Shown here: piece after piece, positions 54,269-64,000 of the stretch
How positions within the stretch are numbered: position 1 is the stretch's first letter
Layout: each line of letters opens with the position of its first letter
Assembly: GCA_965218095.1 (NCBI GenBank)
Contig: OZ244587.1
Coordinates: forward strand, 320,001-384,000
DNA length: 64,000 bases
Direction of reading: 5' to 3'
Origin: Candidatus Poribacteria bacterium
GTDB taxonomy: Bacteria > Poribacteria > WGA-4E > PCPOR2b
Program-made: the position numbers and the translations under genes
The notes under the pieces: model-generated
What the model was told of the DNA's origin: nothing
The model's input: only the letters and a program-made list of their open reading frames with translations
The model's database searches: none

Positions 54269-54340
54269 CAAATGCCCTCTAACAAGCGCGGTAAGCGGGG
54301 CTAACCTTCCGTAGAAAGGAATTTACGGTTATAATTACCT

Positions 54341-54922
54341 ATGGACTTACAACAGATTAACATCAAAGTCTTCGTCACAGAGGACAGTCGTATCAATTAC
54401 GAAAATTTTATCAAGGTTTTCAACAGGTGGATGGCAGAAGCAGACCAGGATGACTACCTGAACTACGCCGACTACTCCTTTACACATGCCGGGCCCGGCG
54501 TTTTGTTAATTTCCAAGAGCGTAAATTATAGCATTGATAACGCCCAAAACCGTCACGGTTTTCTCTACAACCGGAAGCACAAAGTGGAGGGGGATAATCG
54601 TGAGAAGATTCATCAGGCATTCATTGAAACGCTCAAAAGATGTTGCCGCTTGGAAGAAGCTGAAGAACTGGAGAACGAGATACATCTAAACGGGGATGAA
54701 ATCCTGTTTATGATTAATAACCGGCATATTGCGCTGAATACCCAAGAGGTGTTTGAGGCGATTCAACCAGACCTAACTCCCGTGCTTGAGCGGCTGTACG
54801 GTGGGGACAATTTCACACTTGAACGTCCATCTGAAGATGTACGAGAACGGTTCGCGGTTCAAATTTCTGCGCGTTCAAACAAAGGAATTTCAGATCTTCT
54901 GGCGAACTTGGAAAATCACTAG
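54341..54922 (+). CDS. Hypothetical protein
   Basis: 193-aa ORF, ADYS..HAGPGVLL; adjacent to moeB. Confidence 0.8.
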   Translation: MDLQQINIKVFVTEDSRINYENFIKVFNRWMAEADQDDYLNYADYSFTHAGPGVLLISKSVNYSIDNAQNRHGFLYNRKHKVEGDNREKIHQAFIETLKRCCRLEEAEELENEIHLNGDEILFMINNRHIALNTQEVFEAIQPDLTPVLERLYGGDNFTLERPSEDVRERFAVQISARSNKGISDLLANLENH

Positions 54923-54959
54923 AATCAATTCTTGCGGTTCACAACGAGGGAATTTTTAG

Positions 54960-55766
54960 ATGTACAATTTCAGTAATGAACAAATTGAGCGATATAGTCG
55001 GCACATCATCCTCAAAGAGGTCGGGGGGATGGGGCAAACCAGGCTGCTTGAGTCGAAGGTTCTTCTCATCGGTGCAGGTGGACTTGGGTCGCCTGCTGGG
55101 CTTTATCTAGCCGCTGCCGGCGTCGGAACACTCGGAATCGTTGACGACGATGTTGTGGATGTGAGCAATCTCCAACGTCAGATTCTGCATGGGACGAGTG
55201 ATGTTGGCCGGCCGAAAACAGAATCGGCGAAGGACACAATTGCCGACATCAACCCCGATGTCAACGTCATCACGCATCCCGAGAAGATTATCTCAGAAAA
55301 TGCCTTTGAAATCCTTGAGGGTTACGACCTAATTGTTGATGGGTGTGATAATTTGCCGACCCGCTATCTGCTCAATGACGCCAGTGTGATGCTTGGCAAA
55401 CCAATTGTGCATGGCAGCATCTTTCAGTTTGAAGGACAGGTGACGGTCTTCTATCCAAGCAAAGGCCCCTGTTATCGCTGCCTTTACCCTGTGCCGCCAC
55501 CGCCCGATATGGTGCCAAGTTGTCAAGAAGCAGGTGTACTCGGTGTGTTACCGGGCATCGTCGGAAATGTGCAAGCCGTTGAAGCAATTAAAGTCTTGCT
55601 CGACATTGGTGATCCGCTTATTGGTGAACTCCTCTTATTTAATGCTTTATCAATGGATTTCAAAAAACTCAAACTTCGCCAAGATTCGGAATGTCCCGTC
55701 TGCGGTGAAAACCCAACCATCCATGAATTGATTGACTATGAGGAGTTTTGTCAGGTGCGTTGGTAA
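54960..55766 (+). CDS. moeB: MoeB/ThiF family adenylyltransferase
   Basis: RYSRH, GAGGLG, SNLQRQ, CYRC, CPVC. Confidence 0.92.
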   Translation: MYNFSNEQIERYSRHIILKEVGGMGQTRLLESKVLLIGAGGLGSPAGLYLAAAGVGTLGIVDDDVVDVSNLQRQILHGTSDVGRPKTESAKDTIADINPDVNVITHPEKIISENAFEILEGYDLIVDGCDNLPTRYLLNDASVMLGKPIVHGSIFQFEGQVTVFYPSKGPCYRCLYPVPPPPDMVPSCQEAGVLGVLPGIVGNVQAVEAIKVLLDIGDPLIGELLLFNALSMDFKKLKLRQDSECPVCGENPTIHELIDYEEFCQVRW

Positions 55767-55788
55767 GCATCGATTATACAAGACACAA

Positions 55789-55833
55789 GAAAAGACCCAG
55801 GACGCTTGAGTGGCGAATCCTGGGTCTTTTTTT
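55789..55833 (+). terminator. Rho-independent terminator (likely bidirectional)
   Basis: AAAAGACCCAGGA...TCCTGGGTCTTTTTTT. Confidence 0.85.
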
Positions 55834-56220
55834 GTCTGAGATAATCATGCAGATGGGTGAAGCGCGCCAACAACAGTCGTTATGTGCTACGCCATACGTT
55901 TTATGGATTATACCTTGCTAAAATAATGTAGCCAACGAAATAACCTTCAACACATGGCCTCCATGAAAGGGCTTGAATATGCCACACATCTATTATCTGC
56001 CTGACGAAAGGAAAGTTGAAACTCAGCCGAACGAAACTATTCTCTATACCTCGTTGTGGACGGACTGATGGCGCTCTTCGGGATCGAGGATTCCACTTAA
56101 ACAGCGTTGAGCGCAGTGATGCACTGGGGATGCCGCAATCGCACTTTTCGGGGTTGACTTCCTCCGGGACGTGTGATAGCATAGACTTCCGATTTCCGTT
56201 TCACGAAAAGGAGGCAACCG

Positions 56221-57384
56221 ATGAGTCAATCATGGACTCGCAGTGATAACGAAGTTCTTGCCACGCTGCAAGATGTTGTGGCGATTGAGAGCGTTAATGT
56301 CGATTTACCCGGCGGGGGACGCGGAGAAGTCGGTATGGTCGAATATCTCGCCAATTTCTTCAGCGCCGCTGGCATCCCTTACCAGACAGACGAAGTTCTG
56401 CCGGGACGAAGCAACATCATTGCCATGCTGGAGGGTCAAAACCCCGACCGGGTGTTACTATTTGAGTGTCACATGGACACCGCTTCCGTCGGCGTCATGA
56501 CGATTCCACCATTTGAACCACACATCCGCGACGGTTTGCTCTACGGGCGCGGGGCGTGCGACACCAAGGCCGGTGGGGTGGCGATGATGCACGCGATGAA
56601 GCGCCTGAAGGAGGCAGGGATCAAGCCACCGTGCACGGTCAAGTATGCAGGCGCCGTGGACGAAGAGTATCTCTTTCGCGGCGCGCGGCGCCTGGCAGCA
56701 ACCATCAAAGCAGACACAGTAGTCGTCTCTGAACCGACCGAACTGGTGGTCATCCGGGCGCACAAAGGGGTGGCGCGCTTTCGTATCGTCGTCAAGGGCG
56801 TTGCCGCACACAGTTCCAAACCATACCTCGGCGTCAACGCCATCTCCAAAATGGTTCGCCTCATTTGCGCGATCGAGGACGAAATCGCACCGACATACGC
56901 CGGCAAAACTCATCCGCTCACCGGGAGCGCAACCCTCAGTATCGGCGTTATTTCTGGCGGCGTACAGGTCAATTTCGTGCCAGACGAATGTGTCATTGAA
57001 GTTGACCGCCGTACTATCCCCGGCGAGACAACAGAGGAAGCCCTGGCACCCTTCCGAGAACGTTTAGCTCGCGCACAGGCAGCGGACCCGGATTTAAACG
57101 TGACGATGGAAGAGCCGTTTCTGGCGGATAACGCGATGGACACACCTGAAGATGCACACATCGTGCAGGTCGCCGTCAATGTCTGTCAATCCGTTTTAGG
57201 CAAGTCGGAGATCACGGGCGTTCCTTATGGCACCGATGCTAGCAAGTTCACCGATGTCAGTATCCCCGCTATCGTCTTCGGCCCCGGCAGCATTGACCAA
57301 GCACACGCCGCGGTCGAGTGGGTTGAGTGTGAGCAGGTCTTGAAGGCAGTCGATATTTATCAGCGGATGATGATGGAATTTTAG
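56221..57384 (+). CDS. M20 family metallopeptidase/deacylase (ArgE/DapE-like)
   Basis: HMDT, GRGACDTK, DEE, SEPT, AHSS, QAH. Confidence 0.92.
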   Translation: MSQSWTRSDNEVLATLQDVVAIESVNVDLPGGGRGEVGMVEYLANFFSAAGIPYQTDEVLPGRSNIIAMLEGQNPDRVLLFECHMDTASVGVMTIPPFEPHIRDGLLYGRGACDTKAGGVAMMHAMKRLKEAGIKPPCTVKYAGAVDEEYLFRGARRLAATIKADTVVVSEPTELVVIRAHKGVARFRIVVKGVAAHSSKPYLGVNAISKMVRLICAIEDEIAPTYAGKTHPLTGSATLSIGVISGGVQVNFVPDECVIEVDRRTIPGETTEEALAPFRERLARAQAADPDLNVTMEEPFLADNAMDTPEDAHIVQVAVNVCQSVLGKSEITGVPYGTDASKFTDVSIPAIVFGPGSIDQAHAAVEWVECEQVLKAVDIYQRMMMEF

Positions 57385-57658
57385 GAATTGGTGGGTAGTA
57401 AGTGGTGAATGTGGTGCAGGAACTGTAACCCAAGGAGCAACGAATGACAGAGCAAGATGTATAACGAGGGAGCGGGTTCTCGAAAGTGTAATTCAAGGAT
57501 CGCTTGAATAGAGAAAAAATTCCGCCTCTGGAAAACAGGAAGGGGTCATACACGCCTTAATCGTCCAAAGCCAAGTATAAACTCAATTAAATTTGTCTTT
57601 CATATTATCAATATGTTAAAATACAATTAACACAAATAAATCCATGCGAGGCGATAAT

Positions 57659-60600
57659 ATGGAACTCCTGCAAGAACTCAACGAGAAACAACAGCAAGCC
57701 GCAGCACACATCAACGGCGCTATCCTTGTTGTGGCGGGGCCCGGCACCGGCAAAACGAAGGTCATCACCCACCGAATCGCACACCTCATCCGCAACCATC
57801 AGGTTGCGCCGCAACAGATCTTCGCCGTCACCTTTACGAACAAAGCCGCACAGGAGATGCTTGAGCGAATTAAAGATTTGCTCGGCACGACACAAGGACT
57901 GGACGTCCGCATCCACACCTTCCACGCCTTCTGTGTGCGCCTGCTCCGTGAACACGCGGAGGAGATCGGCCTGAGCAAAAATTTCGCAATCTTCGATCAG
58001 GAGACGCAGGACGAGGTGCTGATCGAGTGCCTGCGAGGACTCCGGCAGAATCGGCTCGACTATCCCCCGTGGATGCTGCGCGACATCATCAGCGCATACA
58101 AGGTGAAGTTGGAGGATGCAACCGCTGACCGGGACGAGCTCCGCATGGGCGATGGTACGCTTATCAACGATTCAGAACAAATCCGAAACATCGTGGATCT
58201 ACTCAAAGCCTACCGGACAAAACTCGCTGACCATAACGCGCTCGATTTCGATGACCTAATCTCCAGGTCGGTCGAAGTGCTTGAACAGGCGCCCGCGGTC
58301 TGTGCGAAATACCACAACGACATCCGCTTCATTCTCGTCGATGAATACCAGGACATCAACGCCGCACAATATGCTTTGCTAGAACTCCTCTCCCGTTCGC
58401 CGCAACATAATGTGATGGTCGTCGCCGATGAAGATCAATCCATCTATAGCTGGCGTGGTTCTAGCCCAAAATATATCAAGCAATTCAAAGCAGACTTCAA
58501 CCCAACGGTGGTGGAGTTAGAGGAGCATTATCGGTGCAGCGAGAAGATCTTGCGAGCAGCGCAAGCGGTGATCGCCAGAAATACACGCCAGAAAGAAAGC
58601 ATCTTGAAAACGCACAAGGACGCTGGGAACACAATCTACCACTACATGCTAGATACCCCTGATGCAGAAGCTAACCACGTCATTACGCTCATCCGTAAAC
58701 TTGTGGAAGGGCGACACTGCTCCTACGGTCACATTGCAGTCTTCTACCGCACCCACCAATTGGCAGAGGCGTTAGTGGATCGGCTGCACCAGGAGCGCGT
58801 TCAATTTCAGCGCGTCGGGCGAACCAACTCCTTTCAGGAAGAGCACGCACAAGGGATTATCTCCTATCTGAACTTCATCCAGTGGCGTCTCCCCCGCGAT
58901 ATTGAAAAGGCGATCAATTTCCCGCAGCAGTTAATCGACGATCTGACGCTCGTTCGGCTGAAGTGGCTTGCGCAGCGCAACGGCATCACGCTGGTTGAAC
59001 TGCTTAGAAAGATTGATGACTACCCCGAAGATGTAGGCCCCCTCACTCGCTGGAATGTGCGTCAATTCTTCCAGCAGATTGATGAATTTCACGGGCAAAT
59101 TGAGGGCGAGCAGATCCACACAATCGCCGTCAAGCTCTTCAATCTCCTTGGCCATCGACGCAGCTCGTATCAATCGGAAGACATCCATGAAATTGAGAAC
59201 CAACCCGAAATCCCCGGGCTTCGCGCCGCAACGGATGCCATGTATAGTGCGATTGACCGTGGGGAACCGATTCAGCTCGTCGCAAGTTACGGCATTGATT
59301 TCTATTGCGCTGCCCATATCATCCGGGGGACGCTAGAGCGATACCTAGATCTAACGATTTATACCGATCTGCTGCCTCCCGATTCGCTTCTGACGCCGAT
59401 AACCAACGAGAGTCGGATCAATATCCTGATCGGGGACTTCGCGGACATACCTGACCCTGAAGGGACGACAATCCTGCTCGGATCCACGACCGAAGCAAAT
59501 GCAAACGTAATCCAACTCAACGAATCACTACTCACTCAATCCCACAGCGTCACTGCGTTGAAGCTGTGCCAGCGACTGTTAAGTTACTTTGAAACGCCGA
59601 ACCTCGCGGATATGATCGTCTATGACCTCGAAACGATCGGCACTGACCCCAGAAGTGCAGAAATCATTGAAGTTGGTGCAAAGCATTTGAGCGCAATCGG
59701 CAGTGAGCTTGAACGGTACTACCAACTGGTCAAGCCGATGAACAAAATTCCAAAATCGAGCACGCAGGTCCACGGCATTGACAATCAGACCGTTGCGAAT
59801 GAGCCGGACATTGAAACCGTCTTGCCACAGTTCTTGAGTTTCATCCAGGATCGCATCCTCATTGGACACAACATCGCCGAATTTGATAACCTCGTCCTTG
59901 AACGCGACCTCGGACGTTATTTGGGACGTGGACTCGCCAATCCCTATTACGATACCCTTGTCACCGCGCAGCGCCTCTACTCGCGCGAAAGTTGCAACCT
60001 AGGAGCCCTGTCGGGCAAATTCAACATCGAACACGACACCATGCACCGGGCGATTGAGGATGTACGGGTTACCCAGCGTGTGTTTGAAGAATTGATCAAA
60101 GAAGACCTCCGTCGCTGCGAAGTGAGATCACTGACTAAACTTCTGCCGCTTGTAGGGGTTGGAATCCTCGCAACCCAGGTAGGACAGAACCACGGAATGG
60201 AAGAATGGCAAGAAGGAAGAATGGGAGGAGGGTTGCAGACCTTTTACCAGGCGGCTGCACGTTATGTGCAGACGCACCAACCGGATCTGGATTGGCTCTT
60301 GACAGATCTACAACCGACGGAGAGGCAATGGGTGACAGAGTTCATTGATAAACTGGCTCGGACGCAGATTGATGAGTCGCCGGAAGATAGGGATTGGGAA
60401 GCCAGACGCGCACGATTCATGAATGGCGTTCTACATTTCGCGACAAACAGCAATCAAAAGCGCCTTGCCAATTTTCTCGATTATCAGAAGTTGATCAATA
60501 GCGCCGATGAAACACAGATCGAAGCGGATAAGATTACATTGATGACGCTCCATGCCGCAAAGGGAACGGAATTTCCGATCGTGATTATCGTGGGGATGGA

Positions 60601-60823
60601 GGAGGGCACATTCCCGATTCGGCGCAAGGGTCAGCCGTTATCAGAGCTTGAGGAGGAACGGCGGCTGTTCTACGTCGGGATGACCCGCGCCCAAGAACGA
60701 CTTTATCTTACGTCCGTTACGCGCCGCAACAGTAACCGTGAGCGGGCAAGCTCAATGTTTATCCGCGAGATCCCATCGAACCTGATTGAACATTGGTATC
60801 GGGGAATGAGGCGTAAAACGTGA
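57659..60823 (+). CDS. UvrD/PcrA-like helicase with inserted DEDDh 3'-5' exonuclease domain
   Basis: AGPGTGKT, VDEYQD, TLHAAKGTEF, EERRLFYVGMTRA; insert YDLET, GHNIAEFD, HRAIED. Confidence 0.93.
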   Translation: MELLQELNEKQQQAAAHINGAILVVAGPGTGKTKVITHRIAHLIRNHQVAPQQIFAVTFTNKAAQEMLERIKDLLGTTQGLDVRIHTFHAFCVRLLREHAEEIGLSKNFAIFDQETQDEVLIECLRGLRQNRLDYPPWMLRDIISAYKVKLEDATADRDELRMGDGTLINDSEQIRNIVDLLKAYRTKLADHNALDFDDLISRSVEVLEQAPAVCAKYHNDIRFILVDEYQDINAAQYALLELLSRSPQHNVMVVADEDQSIYSWRGSSPKYIKQFKADFNPTVVELEEHYRCSEKILRAAQAVIARNTRQKESILKTHKDAGNTIYHYMLDTPDAEANHVITLIRKLVEGRHCSYGHIAVFYRTHQLAEALVDRLHQERVQFQRVGRTNSFQEEHAQGIISYLNFIQWRLPRDIEKAINFPQQLIDDLTLVRLKWLAQRNGITLVELLRKIDDYPEDVGPLTRWNVRQFFQQIDEFHGQIEGEQIHTIAVKLFNLLGHRRSSYQSEDIHEIENQPEIPGLRAATDAMYSAIDRGEPIQLVASYGIDFYCAAHIIRGTLERYLDLTIYTDLLPPDSLLTPITNESRINILIGDFADIPDPEGTTILLGSTTEANANVIQLNESLLTQSHSVTALKLCQRLLSYFETPNLADMIVYDLETIGTDPRSAEIIEVGAKHLSAIGSELERYYQLVKPMNKIPKSSTQVHGIDNQTVANEPDIETVLPQFLSFIQDRILIGHNIAEFDNLVLERDLGRYLGRGLANPYYDTLVTAQRLYSRESCNLGALSGKFNIEHDTMHRAIEDVRVTQRVFEELIKEDLRRCEVRSLTKLLPLVGVGILATQVGQNHGMEEWQEGRMGGGLQTFYQAAARYVQTHQPDLDWLLTDLQPTERQWVTEFIDKLARTQIDESPEDRDWEARRARFMNGVLHFATNSNQKRLANFLDYQKLINSADETQIEADKITLMTLHAAKGTEFPIVIIVGMEEGTFPIRRKGQPLSELEEERRLFYVGMTRAQERLYLTSVTRRNSNRERASSMFIREIPSNLIEHWYRGMRRKT

Positions 60824-60947
60824 AATGTGAATCGTGGCTGATGAAGCAGAAGCAGCAGCGCAAGCTCAAGCACATCGTATCGCGAAGTTAGAGGCGGAAC
60901 TTGCGCGTCTGCGAGAGGCCTGATTTGTCGCCTCATTCACTCTTCTC

Positions 60948-61880
60948 CTACAGCACAGTTAATAGGTTTTTGACATAGGCGACGGCCTTTGCCTCCAAGT
61001 TCTCACCTAGAAATCTCGGTTTGCCTAAATGCTCTGGATGGAGGATGCCCTGATAACCGGCATCGCGTAATGCGGCGCAGATAGCGGGGAAATCAACTCG
61101 TCCTTCGCCGGGAAGTACCTCCTGCCCGGCGGGCCATCGCTCCGAATGGTCTCGAAGTTGGCAGAAGTGAATCTTGCCTGCAAACTCTTTGACCAGTGCC
61201 GGCACGTCCCCACCGGGGATATCCATGCCGGTGCACAGCGTCACCCCGTTGTATAGGCTGGGGACGGCGCTGACCAATCGACGCAGTTCTTTCCACGTTC
61301 CCACCAAAAAGGGACCGCCCCAGCCATCAGCCATATAACTGCCGTAATCTTCAAGACAAACGCCTTCTGTGACCGCTCGTTTACGAATTCCGTCCGGCAA
61401 GAGGCGGTGGAGACTATGATTCCCAATGCCGACGCCGTTCGCTTCCGCCGCCGGAATCAACTCGCGGTAGATGTCGATGAGACCTTCCCAACACGCTTCT
61501 TCATCTCCAGTATCTATCGGCGCCCCGAGGTCAACGTAGTGCAGCACCGACGTGATGCTGACTTCCCCCAAAATTTCTATCATGCGCAGCATCGCATCGA
61601 TGCTGCGCCGGTCACGGTTCCACAAAATGTCTGGATTCGTTGAACCGCTCCGCCAGGGACGTGAGGGCCACTTGGCAAACCAGTATGTGGCGCTCGGTAC
61701 TTCGACGCCATTTTCTTCTAATCTGCCTTTGAATTCCCGAAGGCTGACTGCATCCGGATACCCATTTTCCTGATATCCGGGGAATGACCCGCAACTGATA
61801 AAGACGCGCTCGACGCCGAATTGTTTGCAGCGGTCAACGGTAGCTTGCACATCCGTCGATGCACCAATCCCAACTTTCAT
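60948..61880 (-). CDS. TIM-barrel sugar isomerase/mannonate dehydratase-like protein
   Basis: NGVTLCTG, KIHFCQLRD, GEGRVDF, HPEH. Confidence 0.75.
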   Translation of the reverse strand: MKVGIGASTDVQATVDRCKQFGVERVFISCGSFPGYQENGYPDAVSLREFKGRLEENGVEVPSATYWFAKWPSRPWRSGSTNPDILWNRDRRSIDAMLRMIEILGEVSITSVLHYVDLGAPIDTGDEEACWEGLIDIYRELIPAAEANGVGIGNHSLHRLLPDGIRKRAVTEGVCLEDYGSYMADGWGGPFLVGTWKELRRLVSAVPSLYNGVTLCTGMDIPGGDVPALVKEFAGKIHFCQLRDHSERWPAGQEVLPGEGRVDFPAICAALRDAGYQGILHPEHLGKPRFLGENLEAKAVAYVKNLLTVL

Positions 61881-62094
61881 GGGTTTCTCCATCTTTCTCA
61901 AGAGCTTTGAGCCAATGTTACTTAGAACTGCGGATCTCATAGGATTGCGCAGATGAATTATCCGTGAAATCCTATAAAATCTGCGGTTCTAAAGGGTCGG
62001 CAAAAGCTAACATATCGTCTATAAGCCAATTCTCAGTAACATTGGGCTTTGAGCCGATTTCAGCTATTCGCCTAGTCGGGACGACAATTTTCAC

Positions 62095-62955
62095 TTACTT
62101 TTGCCGGATAAACTTCTGCAAGCGACCATCCGCCTGCACTTCGCTCACATAGAGATCTCCGTGCGAATCCACCCACATGCCGTGCGGACAGGCGAAAAAC
62201 TCGCCGGGAATTTCGCTTCCTCGATCGCTACCCCACTGTGCGATTATCTCACCATCAAGCGTGAGAATAGTTACACGTTGATCTAGTTCTGCAACGTAAA
62301 CGATGTCATCGCCATCGATAAAGATGGTGTCCGGATGCAGGAATCCGCCCCACTCGTCGATATATTCACCATCAAGAGTGAAAAACTGGATGCGGTTATT
62401 CGACCGATCCGCGACTAGCACGCGGTTGTGCCGGTCCACCCGGACACAGTGCGGTAGATTGAACTCTCCCGGCCCAGTCCCTGGCGTCCCCCAGGACATA
62501 ATCAACTCACCATCTGGGGAGTATTTGTGAACTCGAGCGTTTCCATAGCCGTCGCTGATGAACATCTCACCGTCGGGACCAAGCGCAAGGTCAGTCGGCA
62601 AATTGAATGGCTCACCATCCGCGCCGGCTTGATCGGGAGTACCTAACGTCATCAGCAGTTGCCCATCAGCGGTGAATTTGTGCATGACATGCACCTCTCG
62701 CTCGATACAATAGATGTGATCTTCGGCATCGATAAAGATGCCGTGTGCGTCCTTGAGGATGTCCTCTCCCCACGACGCGAGAAAGGCGCCTTCGCGGTCG
62801 AATACAACCATCGGACGCTCGCTTCGGCTGTAGACGTAAATTCTGTCTTGCGAATCCACGGCGACTGCGGGGATCCAACCGAACTTCCAACCTTCGGGGA
62901 GTTGTCCCCAACCTTCCTGGACTTCATACGTGTAGCTACCTGCGCCAAATGCCAT
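62095..62955 (-). CDS. NHL-repeat peptidyl-alpha-hydroxyglycine alpha-amidating lyase family protein
   Basis: FNLPTD, SDGYGNARVHK, FNLPH, ADRSNNRIQ. Confidence 0.9.
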   Translation of the reverse strand: MAFGAGSYTYEVQEGWGQLPEGWKFGWIPAVAVDSQDRIYVYSRSERPMVVFDREGAFLASWGEDILKDAHGIFIDAEDHIYCIEREVHVMHKFTADGQLLMTLGTPDQAGADGEPFNLPTDLALGPDGEMFISDGYGNARVHKYSPDGELIMSWGTPGTGPGEFNLPHCVRVDRHNRVLVADRSNNRIQFFTLDGEYIDEWGGFLHPDTIFIDGDDIVYVAELDQRVTILTLDGEIIAQWGSDRGSEIPGEFFACPHGMWVDSHGDLYVSEVQADGRLQKFIRQK

Positions 62956-63124
62956 AATACTATACCTCCGGAATCTAAAAATTAGGTAATCCGTGAGTTA
63001 AATTACAAATATATACTGACGTTGTGGTATATTTTTTTAGATGATACCTATCCGAATAGAATCAATCTCAAATCCCCCCTTTCTCTGTTTTGGGGTTAGG
63101 TATAAGGTCTAAAAGGGGAAAAAG

Positions 63125-64000
63125 ATGAACAAAAATTTAATCATGCTGCTGACAACCACCGCTTTCACACTGTTTGGCTGTGTGTCGGATTCGGGCAAGA
63201 TCAGCGCAGTGGCAGCAAAAAGAGATTATTCGGGCGATCGCATCCTGACGGTGCTATCTTACGACGCAATTCCTGCAATCAAAAATCCAGAGTTTGTTTC
63301 TGCCAGCGAAGCGAAACTGAAGGATGACTCGCCGGTGATTGGCGTCAGTTTCAATGGCGAAAGCCACGCCTATTCAATCTATTTGCTTAACGGATACGAG
63401 ATCGTCAACGATGAGGTTGGCGGCGTCAAGATTGCGACGACCTGGTGACCGCTCTGCAAGACGGCTATCGTGTATAGCCGTAAACTTGATGGCAAGACCT
63501 ACACCTTTGGCGTCTCCGGCAAACTATTACATGATGCGTTGCTGATGTATGACCACCAAACGCGTTCCCTCTGGTCACACATCACCGGTGAAGCGGTAAA
63601 AGGTGAACTCAAAGGGAAGCAGTTAAAGATGTTGACTGCCATGCCACGTATCACCTGGAAGGGTTGGAAGCGGAATCATCCAGAAACAAAGGTGCTCTCT
63701 GTGCCTTACGATCGGCGATATCCAGAGAAACGCATCCAGGAGATAAGACGCGATAGTTACGCAATGTACCATGCGAGCCCTGACACAGGCATAAGCGGCA
63801 CACGATACACCGACAACCGCTTGATGAATAAAGAACTGGTTGTCGGCGTTCGCGTCAATGAAGGCTATCGTGCTTATCCTTTTACGGCGTTTGAAAAGAA
63901 ACCAATCATCAATGACGAAGTGGCTGACATGCCAATGCTAGCTTTCCACGACCTCGATTCAAATGCGACCGCGGTTTTTCTCCGCTCTGTGGAAGGACAG
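63125..64000 (+). CDS. DUF3179-family selenoprotein (lipoprotein, UGA at 63446, runs off window)
   Basis: DAIPAI, EIVND, TW(U)PLC, then same frame FGVSGKL, MYDHQTRSLW, WKRNHPET with no further stop. Confidence 0.85.
63461..63481 (+). promoter_or_regulatory. Putative bacterial SECIS hairpin
   Basis: ACGGCTAT-CGTGT-ATAGCCGT perfect 8-bp stem 12 nt after the UGA. Confidence 0.7.

Overview
Bacterial chromosomal window. The host is probably Candidatus Poribacteria or a relative (inference from the multi-copy 'NYPNPFNPETWIPY...RKMxIxK' C-terminal domain (CTD) family, PhyH/cupin/epimerase catabolic genes and the repeat families). Housekeeping genes (sucC, proS, moeB, cyclophilin, KamA-family radical SAM, M42/M20 peptidases, UvrD-like helicase) are interspersed with many pseudogenes, five conventional IS copies, MITEs and REP-like palindromes. 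The most interesting feature is a mobile element at 26817-29954 that encodes only two tandem DUF1670-like proteins. It has 13-bp subterminal inverted repeats set 7 nt and 3 nt in from its ends and a shared TT core. It sits in the last codon of a WD40-CTD gene and regenerates that gene's Lys-stop, and it carries a consensus promoter in front of a structured non-coding right end. An empty-site paralogue at 19916-19980 supports the breakpoints. Other notable features are two integrase-less attC-like cassette clusters, a UGA/SECIS selenoprotein (DUF3179) and a UvrD helicase with inserted DHH-like and DEDDh domains. Product names come from motif recognition by eye; no searches were run.
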